A stretch of DNA of 63,996 nt, the filler included, from Bigelowiella natans CCMP2755 (lineage: Eukaryota > Protista > Cercozoa), in NCBI GenBank assembly GCA_000320545.1. It is 5 parts of 5 records of this genome, joined end to end, with 100 filler letters (N's around TTAATTAATTAA, not from the genome) between each part and the next. Parts side by side here need not be neighbours in the genome. Positions count along the whole stretch, not along the records: positions 18,301 to 39,733 come from ADNK01000655.1; positions 39,834 to 59,406 come from ADNK01002629.1; 3 more parts are not named here. One strand, 5' to 3'. The position numbers and the translations under genes are program-made. Positions within the stretch are counted from its first letter, which is position 1; each line of letters starts with the position of its first letter. This document shows positions 38,839 through 53,100 of the stretch, piece after piece. The notes under the pieces were generated by a model that searched no databases, had not been told where the DNA came from, and saw only the letters and a list, made by a program, of their open reading frames with translations.

Positions 38839-39367
38839 GTGCTGAAGGGGCAGGCACGAGGCGGGGACAGCGCGAAATGTAGTGGATCCACAATATTTTA
38901 TGCTAATTTTACACGGGAAATTACCCAAATATTTATACCTAAAAAGAAGAATTTCCTGTAGAAAATTAGAGCCTAAAACATCTAAATTAGTACACCCATC
39001 TCCTGAGCACCTGCGCCGTCGCGTTTTCTGGCAAAATTGCGCTTTCTCGTGCATGAAACATGTGTCATCATTTCTTGAGTCCCGGGAATCTTCCCGATAA
39101 TGAATGGTACCGGTAGGATTCTGGTCCCAAACTGCAAGGAAAATGAAGAAAAGTCTTGTCGCTCATCACGAATCCGTCTGCCTTGCGAGAATCCGTACCA
39201 CTTCTCTCTGGTTCCCACGACCCCTCGCGTCGCCGCTTAAACCTCCACACCATACCCGGCTCTTTGCAAAAACAGGTTTTAGCAGGGCAGGGTTGGAAAC
39301 TTGATGGAGATAGATTGGGAACACGGGCAAGGAGGGAGGAGAGGGGAGTGTTCGTCGTGAAGGATAT

Positions 39368-39435
39368 AAGGACCGAACAGTGATACGGTACTCGTGTGAA
39401 AAAGGACCAAACAGTGACATGGTACTCGTGTGAAA
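39368..39435 (+). repeat. Tandem 34-bp duplication
   Basis: aaggaccgaacagtgatacggtactcgtgtgaaa / aaggaccaaacagtgacatggtactcgtgtgaaa. Confidence 0.85.
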
Positions 39436-39660
39436 ATCAGCTCTCCATCGCTTTTGGAAAACGAACTCGATAATGCTGTGTGGTTTTCTGACCGCCCTTG
39501 CTCTCCTCCCTGTCTCTACGCTATCATTTCGTAATCCCCGGACAACGAGTGCACCTAGAATCGAAACCTTTCTTCGTTCGATCAAGCAGCCCCTCGACCT
39601 CGTCTTGCCTTATGGTTGATTCGACGACATCATGAGAGAGAGAGAGAGAGAGAGAGAGAG

Positions 39661-39720
<60 letters not shown>

Positions 39721-39733
39721 AGTAAAGTAAAGT

Positions 39734-39833
39734 NNNNNNNNNNNNNNNNNNNNNNNNNNNNNNNNNNNNNNNNNNNNTTAATTAATTAANNNNNNNNNNN
39801 NNNNNNNNNNNNNNNNNNNNNNNNNNNNNNNNN
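39734..39833. other. Artificial contig linker
   Basis: N run containing TTAATTAATTAA. Confidence 0.97.
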
Positions 39834-41160
39834 GGGTATGTGGACGCTGCAAACCAAGCGTACCTCTCGGGATTATTGGCCCAGCGGGCATGTAAAAAGG
39901 GTGATGCAATCCGAGAGAACATCGTCAAAAGGGGCGGGGGAGGGGTGAGGGGGGGGGGGGGAGGGGTTAAGAAACATGGAGCGCTCAACCTCTGCACACA
40001 CACCGTTCTCCAGTAGAACGTTTGTATCTGAAGAATGATTATTCGCGCCACAGTCGAGGGGCCAGGGAGGCGCATCTTTGGGTAAAGGCAATGAAGGCAA
40101 GCATGGGCTGACCGAAGAGGAGGAGGTGCGTCACCACGCGTGTTAGAGCGACTGATCGATCATCGTAGTAGAGAGGCAAAGCAGGCCAGTGGGCGGCGGT
40201 GCGGATACGGGTTTTGATGTAACAATGGTTTTTCTCATAATGCGTGTAGTTTGATAGAAGAATAGACTCCAAGTTGGACAGGATTGGTGGGGCTCTTGGA
40301 AAGCTTTCGGTAGCGTGCGCCTTGAAGATCATGTGCAGAGAGTGGGAGAGAGGGGGGGAGGGGGAGAGAGACCGAGTTTGATTGTGTCTTCGCAATACAT
40401 TTAGACAAAGCATACAAGATACAAACCTATGTAAATAGTATGGGTCTTTACCATGTATGCTATCCTCTCTCCTTTCGCCTTTCGATAATAGAGTCGTTTT
40501 GCTGTGAAACGCCAATCGAAAAACGGGCGAATCACAGTCGGAAGACGGGCGAATCGCTGCGTTTGCTAGTCATCGTCTCTAATTGCCACGCGCTCCTTAT
40601 ACCTCTACTGTGCGGATTCTTTTTCCATCGTGTCTTTATCAGAGTTTGGCAGGGGACATGGGTGCAGAGCTCCAGTTTCAGGTGTTATATGTGACGGTCC
40701 TTGTAGAAGACATCGTGGTGTGCCTTAAGCACTCTTGTGCACGATGCGACGGTGATGATGATGATGATGATGATGATGACGATGAATGGCTTTTGCATCG
40801 AGCTGGAGGCAGCGTTTTTTCGATGTTTTGGGAGTCAAATGCGACGTTGCCTTTATTTGATAAGTACGGTTGCTTAAGTTGCCTCTAAAATCCAATCGTA
40901 ACCACCCTCGTCGTCGTTCAGAGCAAAGTGCTCATACCGGAGCTAGATACGAGAGTAGAGACCTCCAAGGAGAGGACTAGGGTGAGTGCATAGAGTCGTA
41001 TATCGATAGGATATATGTTATGTATGAATGGTCTTGTGTGGGGGGGGGGGGCTTGTGTGTGTGTGTATGTGTGTGCGTATGTGTGTGCGTATGCGTGTGT
41101 CAAATATTGGACTTTGTTCGAATACAGGCGTTGAATAAGAGAACTCGCAAGTTGCTTTAA
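39834..41160 (+). CDS. 3' part of a hypothetical multi-exon protein
   Basis: Putative exons GYVDAANQAYLSGLLAQRA|LERLYLKNDY..., SLAGDMGAELQFQ|SKVLIPELDTRVETSKERTR|ALNKRTRKLL*, with GT-AG boundaries. No family recognised. Confidence 0.35.
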
Positions 41161-42483
41161 GCCGGACGGCGGCTTGTTGTAGTTAATCTATACGATTGGA
41201 TCCTCCCTAATTATTGTTATGGCGAGTACCGAGTACTGCGAGGTTTTTAGTTTTTTAGAGTCAATCTCGCTCGCAAAAGGAAGGCGTCCATTTTTTATCA
41301 TCCGTCAGCTCAAAAGAATCAGTTACGATTTCTTGAATGTATAATGTATAGCAGCGATCGTTTGTACGTATGCCAACGTCACATCATAGGACCGCAGAAT
41401 CATCAGAGCGGCATCAGTCATTTTGACGATGCAATGCGTTCCGATTGCTTGTGTATTCACCTGTGACTTACGTTCCGTAGGCTGTGATTGCATAGTGTTG
41501 TGTCAATGATTGCGAGTATAACTGTTTGCATGCACATCATCCAAATTGCAAGCTCGTTAATGCACGAGATGATGTAGTTTAGGCAATCACTACGTACCAT
41601 GCATGATGACACATTTTTGGGCGATTTGTAGAATTCGCTGGCATCGCACACCTAGACATTTGCATGCCGCAGGCTCTCAAGCACCGTAGATTCCAAATCT
41701 TATCTGTTGCATGCTCAAAGCACAAGAGCTATCCAACGAATTAATTTGCGCCAAGCTATCAACAAGGACGATGGATGGTGAGTCCATTCCTTCAACGTGA
41801 CAAATGAGCAGCAAAAGAGAAACACAGGATCACTGCAACGCGCGATTATTATCGCGCAATGACTAGAACAACATGTCACATACATCAGGATTGTACAAGT
41901 CGTGTGCGTTTTGCAATGTGCATAGCAAGTTGGCAAGCTGTGTATCCATTACACATGTGTTTTCGCGTACTTCTTGCTAAATGCATTGCAAATGCATCAC
42001 AAGTTTCCAGATATAATTCTAGGATTTTTGTTTGATTGCAAGTGTCTTGCGCCTGTCACATGCGCGCTGTACTAGTGCAAAGCACGCAAACATGCTAGCA
42101 TGCTGGCATGACTAGATGGTGTGTGTGCTGTGCTATCCACAGTTCGTTAAAACATCCTAAAGGTTTGTCATGTGATTGGCAGCGCAAGAGCGCTAGAGCG
42201 CACTCATTAAGCATTTGCGCAATGTTAAACCTTGCAGAACGCGCGTTTTCTACTAACCATAGCATGCCGCAATGACAGCATGCCGCAGCTAAACGCAAAA
42301 ATAAACACTATGTGGTGCAATATGCACTACGCACTAGCGCACTGCTAGACTAGCGCACGCTAGCACGTGACACGTCTAGTACATGAAGCTGTTTCTAAAT
42401 TCTCGATCCGCTAATGCTCTGCATGCATTCTTATAGCTGCCCGCTGCATGAAATATATATCATATTGCATGTCTATCATTGAA

Positions 42484-45370
42484 TCACCAATCGGCGCCAA
42501 ACATGGTCGACATGGCTAAATGCTTCTCGAAATGGTTTGCGAGAAGATCATAGTTCTTGTCCCTCCGAGAAGCCTGCTGTTCCAACGAGGGCGCACCTCC
42601 CTCGCAACAGCCCTTCTCTGTCGTCCCAGCCTTGTTGGCTTCTCCATTAGCTGATTCATTCAAATCGGTGATGTCTTTGTTCTTATGAGCACATTTGGAC
42701 GAACTGCCTTCTCCAGTCGCGGGTCCCATTCCCGCCCTTCCATACACCCCATGTTTTGCATCTCCACAGTCGTGACGACGAGGACCACATCGCTCTCCAC
42801 CATCTGCCGCTGTCGGGGCATCGAGACTAGCAGGTGACGCAGAGCCCGTGTCTCCTGCTTTGTTGTCATCTCTCGGCGCTAGCACAGACGCGAGGAAAGC
42901 TAATCTGAAAGCAGCATCGTCAAATACCCCGTGGAGATAGGTACCCCAGATGCGCCCTCCTAGCACCGAAGCTCCATCGACCCAGGAAGCGTCAGACGAG
43001 GGCCATTTCTTGCTGCCACCTCTCGGTTGCTTCATAATCGTGGGGCACACAGATAGTTGAAACATGGGGACGGTACCTGCCCTTGGCCTCGTGTCTCCCA
43101 GGTGTATTTCGTACCCTGACACGCGCACACCGTACAGCCGCGAAAGGGGCGAGCCAGCTGCAGTATGGTTTGCCGGTGTTGAATCGGACGATAAAGGAGA
43201 GTTCTTCATCACGCAGACGCCAGCGCAACGCCGCAGAGCTTTCTCGCTTTGGGACTTCATTTCCGTGTCCACCGGGAGAAACCCAAGGCCGTCCGTCATG
43301 CCAGGTTCGCCATCGTAGCCAGCCGGGTCCGAAATTGAATGGCCCTTTTCACACACCGGAAGTAAGGAGCGAACAAGAGGAAAAACTATTTTTTGGCGGG
43401 TGACGGCATATGAATGGAGTTTTTAGAAATAGTGATGCTCTATCGTCTTGCAGCGTAGTCGTCCCTACCATCATTTGATAGCCGCCACAAACGCCCACTA
43501 GATGCGCTCGCCTTCTCCTTGTGCGGCTGATGATCATTGGCATGTTATTTGTCGTTATTGCCTTTAATACAAATAGCGGCTCAATCCCATTCAAATACGG
43601 AAATTCATGGGGCAGTCATTGGAATCAACTACAAGAACACTCCGGCAACGCATCGCCTTTTTTTTAAAACTTTTTCCTTCAAATGTGAATCTACTGCTAG
43701 GTTTCACTTGCACCGCCCGGCCTATTGCTCACTTCTCTTCTCCTACAGCTCACTTCCCTGCTACCTCTTCTGCTCCGCTTCGTTGCTGAGTTCTGATGAT
43801 ATTTTGTCCCGAAAACTATTGAGAGCATCAGCCCATCCCTCTTCACGGAGCCATCTCAAGTCAAATCTGCAGAGGCGCGACAGAACATAGTGTTTGACTC
43901 AGCGTAATTAGAGCGTAAAATGAAAATATGTCGCATGATCTCCTATCGCCAGGAAAAACTAAACTATATATTAAGACAAAGGGTACGTGTATGACATGCA
44001 TATCTTCTAGACACCGGCGCGTACACGCGCACACTCTCTCATCTTCTCTCTGTTTGCGCCAACTCGCGTTACTCGTAACATAAGAGAACGTGTAGCAATA
44101 AGTAGCGAAGAGTAGCAGACGATAGTATTTAGAGCAGAGCATGTATTAGAACAAATGGCCACCTAACGTTCTTGGATCCAGGTATTATTACTACATCGTA
44201 CTGAGAAAGGTCTTTGTTACGACGGTGTTGAAGAAAATGGAGATCTGAAAAATGCAGTGGCGCAAGCATATAAGAGTACATCGAAACACACGCTCACACA
44301 CACAAATAACACCAGAATACACTTATATACACATATATCAAAGAAGCACATATATCATATGTATAATATATATATATATATATATATATATGTGATAGTT
44401 ACGACAACGAGAGAAGAATACGACACAAAGAAAAACGGACAATGCAAGGAAAAAAAGGCGTCCACGACAGTCGCAATTATGAAGTCAATCATCAACATCG
44501 ATGCCTCGTGTGTACACACCAACGCCTTCTTCTCGAGCCAGTGGCAAAAAGTCCGTGAAGTTTGAGATATGCGGAAGATAAAGCACCTGATAAGCACACA
44601 TTCTTACCGTTAGACTAACTGCAAGATGACAAGAAGCCATATTAGTTCTCTCTATGCGACACAAAGTGATTTGGAGCTATCAGGCTACGTCCTCTGAAAA
44701 AAACGGAAACGTGCACTATCGAGGCACATCCGGCGGCTCTGCGCGCCCTCGTGATTTCGAGGAGGAGGAGGGGGGGGAAAAGATATCCGTCATTTCAAAA
44801 ATGGGAGTTTGGTGGGGATTCATGGCTTCTAAGGAAAAGCTCAAATTGCAATCAAACTCTAATATTACAGACCGCAATGGAAATTCTGTCTTGCTGCGCA
44901 GCCGATGCTTTCGCGACTGAGGACGCTTCTGTGGGAGGATCTAGCTTCGCGTGTAGAGGCAATGCATCCTCCGAGTCGATGTGAATGCTGACGAACGATG
45001 CGAATGAATTACACGCGAAAAGAGCAAAGGATTGTTGAAAATGCTATTTAATAACTCAAAGCTTCATATTGCCATAGAAAAGGCTTGATAATAATTGCCT
45101 TACCCTCGGAAGTAAGGGACGACTCCCAAAACAGGTATTTGGGTCTTCTCTTCGATGATCCTCACGCCGTCAGCAAACTATGCATAACAGCAATGAGAGG
45201 CGTAGTGCCAACAACGCATGCGCGCTGTGATTGAATTGTTTGCTATTGATCGACGATGCGTTGTAGGAGGCGACTCTGGTGCGTATTTGTAAAAGTAATA
45301 TCGATCGTATGGTAGGCTATACATTGCTCAATGTGATTGCAGACATTATCTGATTTGGGGCAATTTTACA

Positions 45371-45410
<40 letters not shown>

Positions 45411-46621
45411 CACACACACGCGTACGCGCATCCATTCAAGGAAATCCGGAAAACATAATGCGCATGGTATACCGATGTTAAGTTACCAGTGTTGGATCTC
45501 CTCGAAACTTATTGATGATGATGCCTTTGATTCTTCACGAATAATTGAAGAGGATGGGGAAGGGGAGACCGTTTGTGGTGATAAGGATTTCATTAGCCAA
45601 ATATTAAACGACAATCTATCGTATTCGATCGTCGGCCTTTACCCCCTTTCCATCTCTTTTCCTTTCTATATCTCTCCCATCACTTTGCGCGACGGATATA
45701 GATTGAAAGGGTTCTTATATCAAGAGCAAGAGACTACCTTTGCCGTTCTCGTGGAGACAAAAGCATTATCGTCCCTATTACTTGCGCAAAAACCCCGCAT
45801 CTGTATAATTTTGTAAATTTAAATTTTTATCACAAATTACGTGCGTTATAGGGTAAGATAGTGAGCGAGAAAGAATTATAATCATCACACATCCTGGTCA
45901 CAGGGAAAACAATCAAATACGGCATTGATTCATACGGATATTGACCACAAATGTTTCCAAATACACGCGCTCTTTGCAAGCTTATATATGATGGTGATAA
46001 TGCTAACAACACACCCCAGAACTACCACAAGTTCTATGACCCTACCTTTCAATATCAGCGACCAAAATAACCTCTGTATCTCCTATGTTTGCCGCCCAGA
46101 AATTCACAAGATCCCTTCAATTATCATCGATATTTCCAAGTTGTGTTGATTGCTCAGGGGTACTATGAAAAGGCGCAACTGCAGCTTTGCATTGGCCTCG
46201 ATGCATATACATTTGGGAGAATGGGAATCACCGATTCTTTAAGTTGAGTTCCGCACAGCTCCCCGCCCCTTCCATGATGACGACGTCGTAGTTGTCCTAG
46301 AATAGTTATGTTACTTCAGAAAGTCCTCTTGATGTACACACTGGACGAGTCGGTCAAATTCGTTATTTCTTGGTCTTGACATCTCGGTGAAGATGACAAG
46401 ATTCGAGGTAGCTGGATGGAGAATCATCGCGCTAACAGCTTTAATTAATACAATCGCGTGATGACCGTTGGGCAGTTACTCTATAACCTTCAATGCTCTC
46501 AGAGATCTTTTAACCGCAACACGTAAGTCGCTATTTTCCTTCTTTTTCCAAATCTAGTATCTGATTGTGTTAGACGATAAAGGTGTGGTCAGACGAAACA
46601 ACAATATGCCGTGCACACACC

Positions 46622-46653
<32 letters not shown>

Positions 46654-47749
46654 AGCATTCGAACATGCACAACTATATTGTAGAAATATAGTGCTCGGAA
46701 GTGTTTGTTTTTAGCAAAGAAAACTTCGCCGTCCATTTGGCCACAACATCAGCTGCTGTCGCATTTCCCCCTCATCTTAACAGGACTGAGCACCTCCTTG
46801 CGTCGATGTTTGACCGCGAAACCCCATCCACAACAACCTGGCAGCCCACATCCGTGCTCGGCTGCATATATACGTACAACGCGCCGATATTAGATAGAAA
46901 AAGACGCGCAGCGACAGATACCCAGTTGTTCCTGTATCTCCTAGTGTATGATAACCATAACTACAAGTGTTACAGTTTGCCATAGCACCAGTAGACATCG
47001 CGTGCCATCGTCGCATTGATAGTAACACTGGCTTGCTACCTTAAGAAGAACCGGGTTCATCGTATGCTCTGCCTCACACCTCGCTGCTTCAGCCTGTACT
47101 GCTTGTGCCCTTCGTAGAGAAAGACATGGTATCACTGTTTTCATATTTGTTTATTATGTTTCGCTTTCGAGCAGAATTCCTTGCATGTTCCGATTCATAG
47201 CAATTCATACCGAAATAATCGAGTAGCTCACCTCGAAATCTCCCGCCCTTTCAGCGTGACGAAGGAGTTATTGCTCATATTCTGCGCCTTGAAAGGCGCA
47301 ACTTTAAAGCCTCTGTTATTCAGTATTCTACATAGAGCCGTGCAGACCTTGATAGAATCGTTTTAAAGTTGATGTTAATGGAAAGTGGAGGACGGCATTA
47401 TGTACGCACGTCGTTGGCGCATACGCGACCGCATGCCCAACCGACGAAGAACATCACCAATGACTTCATGTGGTTAGTTATAAGTGCTAATTCTCGTTTC
47501 TACAGTGAATCTTTATTTGCTGTACCACACTCTTTCCTACATCGGTAGCGGTTCCAAACACAGCGATAACACGTGCTCCCCCCCCTGCGAGGTATAAAGC
47601 ACGTTTAACTCTCATCTGCACATAAAAGCAATAGATTTCTTTCGACCAACTCCCCCAGCTTTTCTCCTTTTGCCTGCACGGGCTAACAGACGGATGAGGG
47701 CTTGCAGACCGACGGCAGCGGCGACGGACGCTGCCGTCGTCGTCGCCAT
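42484..47749 (-). CDS. cobQ: Cobyric acid synthase (CobQ/CbiP), full length, about 16 exons, N-terminal hydrophobic+basic extension
   Basis: [15 protein letters not shown]|VCTALCRIL...[13 protein letters not shown]...EISR|AQAVQAEAA...MNPVLLK|PSTD; [18 protein letters not shown]; DLVNF...VILVADIER|[10 protein letters not shown]; [12 protein letters not shown]; IPVLGVVPY; DSED; [10 protein letters not shown]; IIPGSKN; GVCGGYQM; GYEIHLG; [11 protein letters not shown]. Confidence 0.95.
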
Positions 47750-47975
47750 TGCAAATGCTGGAATATTCGACGCAGGTTTTCGAAAATCCGAAAGCAACGA
47801 CGAATATCTAGGAAATTGTGGGGAAAAACACCTGTCGTTCAAAATATATCCCCTTTGTTTTAAGCATCGCCACTATCACTTTTTGAAAAATAAAAATTAC
47901 AGTTTTAGTAGGTTTCCCATGCAATATGACGATGCGACATGGCATTTGGAAAGATTTTTTTTTTTTTTTTTTACC

Positions 47976-48370
47976 TCTAGCTAGCTACTCGTAGCTAGCT
48001 AGTTGAGTCTTCCATGTACATGCGTGCCTGGGTAGCTGGGTGTCTTGATCATCACAATGATTTCTGGATGTGCTGCACACTGCTAGACTGAGCAGAGCTC
48101 GGTGCGATCACAACAGTCATTGCAATGAAAAGTAGAATGAGAAGCGAAAATCGGTGCACCGCTAGCAGATTGCCTGCATGCTAGCATGCCCACTTGCTAG
48201 CTAGCTAGCTAGCTTTGGCTAGCTAGCTTGGGGATGTGCTGATGTCTAGATGTGTCCCTTTGGGGCTGATTTGTCAAAACTCTGCCCATCGTTTGACCAC
48301 ATCCTTCGCACATGTTTTGGCTGTCTACATCTAGTTCCTAGCTAGCTAGCTAGCTGTGACTATGCTAGTA
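47976..48370. repeat. CTAG-rich, otherwise TpA-poor intergenic tract between codA and cobQ
   Basis: gctagctagctagctagctttggctagctagc and cctagctagctagctagc. It starts sharply after a poly-T run. Confidence 0.8.
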
Positions 48371-48678
48371 TGTGGGGATTTGTTTGTTCTGTGCAAGGCT
48401 GCAACGAGGAACTCGAGAACTCGAGCAACTCATTGCATCATGTCAGCTGCCAGCTATCTACAACATCAACGCCACGCCGCACGCATATTGCATGGAATTA
48501 CGAAAATTGTAGCCGCAGCACATATACGTAGACATGCCACTTTGATGATGACGGTTAACGTAACACAAGCTAGCAAGTCTTTCTAGCTTTACACCTCGTA
48601 TTACTTTTGGATATGCGTCTTGATGTTGCGTGCCAACGTATCAGCTCGTCGCACCATGCGCTTTATGCTGCGCTCTAT

Positions 48679-48821
48679 CTACTTGTTGAAGTTGCCAATG
48701 TCAATCGCCTGTGTAAATTGGTTCAGCAAGGATATGAACGACGATGCAAACGGAATATTGTTTTGCAAAACAAAACTATTTTTCAATGCGCTTTCTATAA
48801 TTTATACACACGCACACACAA

Positions 48822-48862
<41 letters not shown>

Positions 48863-49598
48863 GTAAATAGTAAATACATATATATAACATCGCCATCATT
48901 CTGGTTCCATAACGCATATATAAGTAGACTTTCTTAGCCCCCCCCCCCCCATCCCCCTCTTCTATCTCCTCCAAAACTGTCAAAATAAACCCATTTAACC
49001 TCATCGAAGACCGATGTCTTCGCAGGGTGATTCTCTGCGATCACCATTCCTTCTCGCACAACATACGCTGGAACCCGCCTTACACAAATCAGTGACATTT
49101 GTGAGTTATCAATCCAGCAATATGACAAAGACCTCCTTGCAAACGGCAAGGGAGAAAGAAGCTCTATATGCAAAACGTCATCGAAAGAAGCGATTCTGTT
49201 CTCCAAAAAACAAATTGATGGCCGTTGTTTTGTTTTATTTTTTCCGCCATTAATTCTCGGCTATTGCTGCTTCATCTTCCCTTTCAGCTCTTGTATCCTG
49301 CCCTCCCTTCCTTCTTCCCCATAGCAGATGCTCGGTGTAAATTGATAGCATCTAAGATAGTTGGCACTGACCTCAATCGAATAATGTCTATAGGGTCGTT
49401 GAGCGAGTGCACGAGGAATTCAGCGGTTTCTCCTGGAATAACGTGGTGATTGTTTAGTTTGAGCGATGGTTCTAAGGGCCTTGGCTTTCTTGTTCTCTCC
49501 TTTACCCCCTTGCCTCTCCTTCTTCCTCCCTCTCTCTCATTCTCTCCCTCTCTCTCTCTCAGTGTGTGTTTTGTGCGTGCAAAAATAGGGAAAGACTA

Positions 49599-49632
<34 letters not shown>

Positions 49633-50025
49633 ATATATAAATATATGTTCATGCTGTTGTGAGCATCCATTATTCCTCATCACATCTACTATTCTTCATT
49701 GCCTTCAGCTATTTTGGGAGCTCCCCCAAAGGGCACATGGTTGTCCGAAACCTACGCAATCAGAGCACAGATCCATCAATTCGTTGGAGCGTCGTCAAAG
49801 CCATTCAAGAACACGCAACCGATAGAAACAACTGATTTTAAGCTTTTAACGCCGAACGTACCATCATCTGAAAGACGCGCCTCATTTCTTCTTGACCCTG
49901 TACGACGAAGTTGGAGGCGATAGCAGTATTGTACAGTAGTAGTTATAGTAAGAAGGACATAACAGCGGAAGATTAGAATGACGATAAACGATGATTATTG
50001 ATTTGTACCTGGTAGTCTATAATAC

Positions 50026-50072
<47 letters not shown>

Positions 50073-51145
50073 TATTCAAGCTGTATATGTGTAGATATTA
50101 TCTTACACACAATCATTTCATTAAATTCCATCATAATCCCTACATGCAGTTGTATTATGTGACGCTAGGTGCAAGCAACCAAACTCGTCTGATTTGCATT
50201 CCTCCACTGTGCGTCACTCTTAACTAATATCATAATACTCTGCAGTAGTACGACCGATAGGTGGCAAGCATGCACGAGCATGTAAGCTGCGTCCAGTAGG
50301 TTCCCCATGCCTTTAGATGCAAATACAATGACCCATACACGTCGTCATCATGATAAATAAACCACAGTGGGTACTTCCTCGAAAGACGCAAAAAGACACC
50401 GAACCCGTGCATTGGCCGATAGTAAATACGACAGGTATTATATCGTTGATAATATCCAGTAACAAGAAAAACCACTGGGATGGCAAATGTGCTATGGCGC
50501 TCTCCCAGAGCCAACACTCTATCTAGACCGCATTTTCCCTTCAGTCTCACGCAAGAACATCGAAGCTTACATTTAAAAAAGACCCCCGTAGTATTAGTTG
50601 CAAATGGCAGCCTGAAACTACAACGATGACGCACCTAGCGGATACCATGGATCTACCACGGAGTCATGGCCAAGCCCGACTTTATTTCCAGCCTACGTGT
50701 TTACATCAAACAACCGGAATAAGTGCAGATTTGATTGAGGACAAAACTGATAAATCCGCATCATTCGGCGATTTTATAGCTAAACTACGCAAGATTCTGC
50801 GTCGTTTTAATGCAAACCACAGAAAGCACAAGGTGATACGGCACCTGAAGAAGCTCTGGAACGCGTGCAAGTCCTCTTCTTTTCGGGTAGTTGTCAAATC
50901 GGCCCTACCATCGCACAGGCATCGTTACAAGCATCTTTCTCTATTTGCGTTTCATTTCAGGTGTGCACCGATAAAAGTATAGTCGGTATTGGCTATAACA
51001 ATCATCTTATCGTCTACCCTCCCCCCCCCCCCCCCCCTTTCGTCTATTTTTTATCGTTTGTCCCTTTTACCTGGAGAACAATGCTGTCTAGCGGGTTCGT
51101 CACGACCTGTAATATTTGGCAAACATATAGCAATGCATATCTAAA

Positions 51146-51183
<38 letters not shown>

Positions 51184-52077
51184 ATATGTATTCTCTGTAT
51201 ATATGTGTTTTTATTTATGTGTGTTTGTGTGTGTGATTGTGTGTGTATTAGCCCCCCCTCTCTCTTAACGACCTGCACTTGAGCTCTATTAATAGCCGTG
51301 AGTACCTGTAAGTAGGAAAATAGATATTGACAAGTTTGAAGAAAATTGATGATGAGGAGGATATCATCTTCACGATCATTTCTTTGACTAATCTCCTTAG
51401 TATATATATATATATATATATATTATATTTATACATTACATATGATACGCAGGGATGAAAGAGAATAGTTCAGTTATTGAGTCGATGCTCTCCTCCTCCC
51501 CCCCCCCCTCCTCCTGACCTTGTTGGCAGCAGGTCCATTATACGAATGCATTGCTGTGCAATGACCCGCAATTACGTGACCTCCCATATCACTGAGATGG
51601 ATTGCATGCAGGGCAAACGAATGTGTTAAAACACACAAAACAAGCTACAAATGTGCAAATCGCAGGTCTGGTACCGATCTTGAGTGAGCTGGCAAACCTT
51701 TGACCCGCACAACACAAACACACAGCAAAAAACAGCGATTCATTACAACTATAGCAATTTATCCTTCAGCCGTGAAAAAACGGTATTGTTGGTATGAGTA
51801 GGATTTGTCCTTCTATGGGTGCATGCGTGTGCATGTGTGTGTGTGTGTTTGTGTGTGTGTTTATGTGTATGTGAGGGAAGGAGAGAGAGAGAGAGAGAGC
51901 TGACGTATCACATCATTACCGTTTCAATGTGCCTTGAGTGAGGGTCGTCAGTCTCATCACAATGAACGTCGATCATTGCCCTAAATGACGTTGAAGTATA
52001 CTATATCTATGGTATAATAAGATAATAATAATAATAATGCTATATAACAATAATAATGATATATAACTTATATATGC

Positions 52078-52115
<38 letters not shown>

Positions 52116-52420
52116 GTAAGGTGTTATTCTTGATGAAATCGCATAGCAAGGCCTGAGACCACTTCGTGCGAGAAGATGATAAGTCATCATTACTTCCATA
52201 TAGCCTAAGCGCTAAATCTACTACCCTCTCCGCTCAGCAATCTCGAAGGCCATTCTCAATGACTCCGTCGCCTCCTACCAATGAAATCGCAACCCCGGTG
52301 AGTTGTTGTTTGGCGCAACAACGTGGAGAGATGCAATGACCAAACGCGCGATGAAGAGAATAGATTCAATGTGTCCATGCATTATCATCTTGAGTATTAG
52401 GTTACATATTTACAGGATAT

Positions 52421-52470
<50 letters not shown>

Positions 52471-52739
52471 TGTCACACCTCTCTAGTCCTTTCCAAGTGC
52501 GGAATAGCGCCAATAGCATCAATATTAACTAATACGAATTACATATGGCACAGAGACGATTACATAGTAAAGGAGGGAGAGGGGGGGGAGGGGGGATGGT
52601 AGGATGACAGCCTGCATAATAGGTTGATAACGTGCAAGCTGATGGCTTACGCTTTGTGGCCCACTCGAAGTCCTTCTTGTTCTTCGTTGTGGTGAGAATT
52701 CCATCTTGGGGAAATCCGACAATCTGGAGAAAGATAGAC

Positions 52740-52795
<56 letters not shown>

Positions 52796-52836
52796 GGAGA
52801 GAGAGAGACGGAGAGAAAGTGAACGACAAAGAGTAA

Positions 52837-52867
<31 letters not shown>

Positions 52868-53056
52868 TGATATCTCTATACATTTTATATTTAGGTGTAG
52901 ATCTGTATTTAGCGACTAGGCTTTATGATGCAGCAAAACCATCGCGTCATCCCAAACTGACTTTCACAAAAACTATACACACTCCCTCCTCTTTCGTCTA
53001 CACTCGATCTTATTCATTCGAGCAGTATAGTGCAAATATTTGAGATGGGTTTTTCC

Positions 53057-53100
<44 letters not shown>

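Noticed and set aside
39368-39435. 34-bp repeat pair resembling a CRISPR repeat
   Set aside because: Only two abutting copies with no spacer, in a eukaryotic context. It is a simple tandem duplication.
39717-39733. (AGTAA)n at the contig end as a telomere or LINE tail
   Set aside because: Only about three units are visible before the gap, too few to support either.
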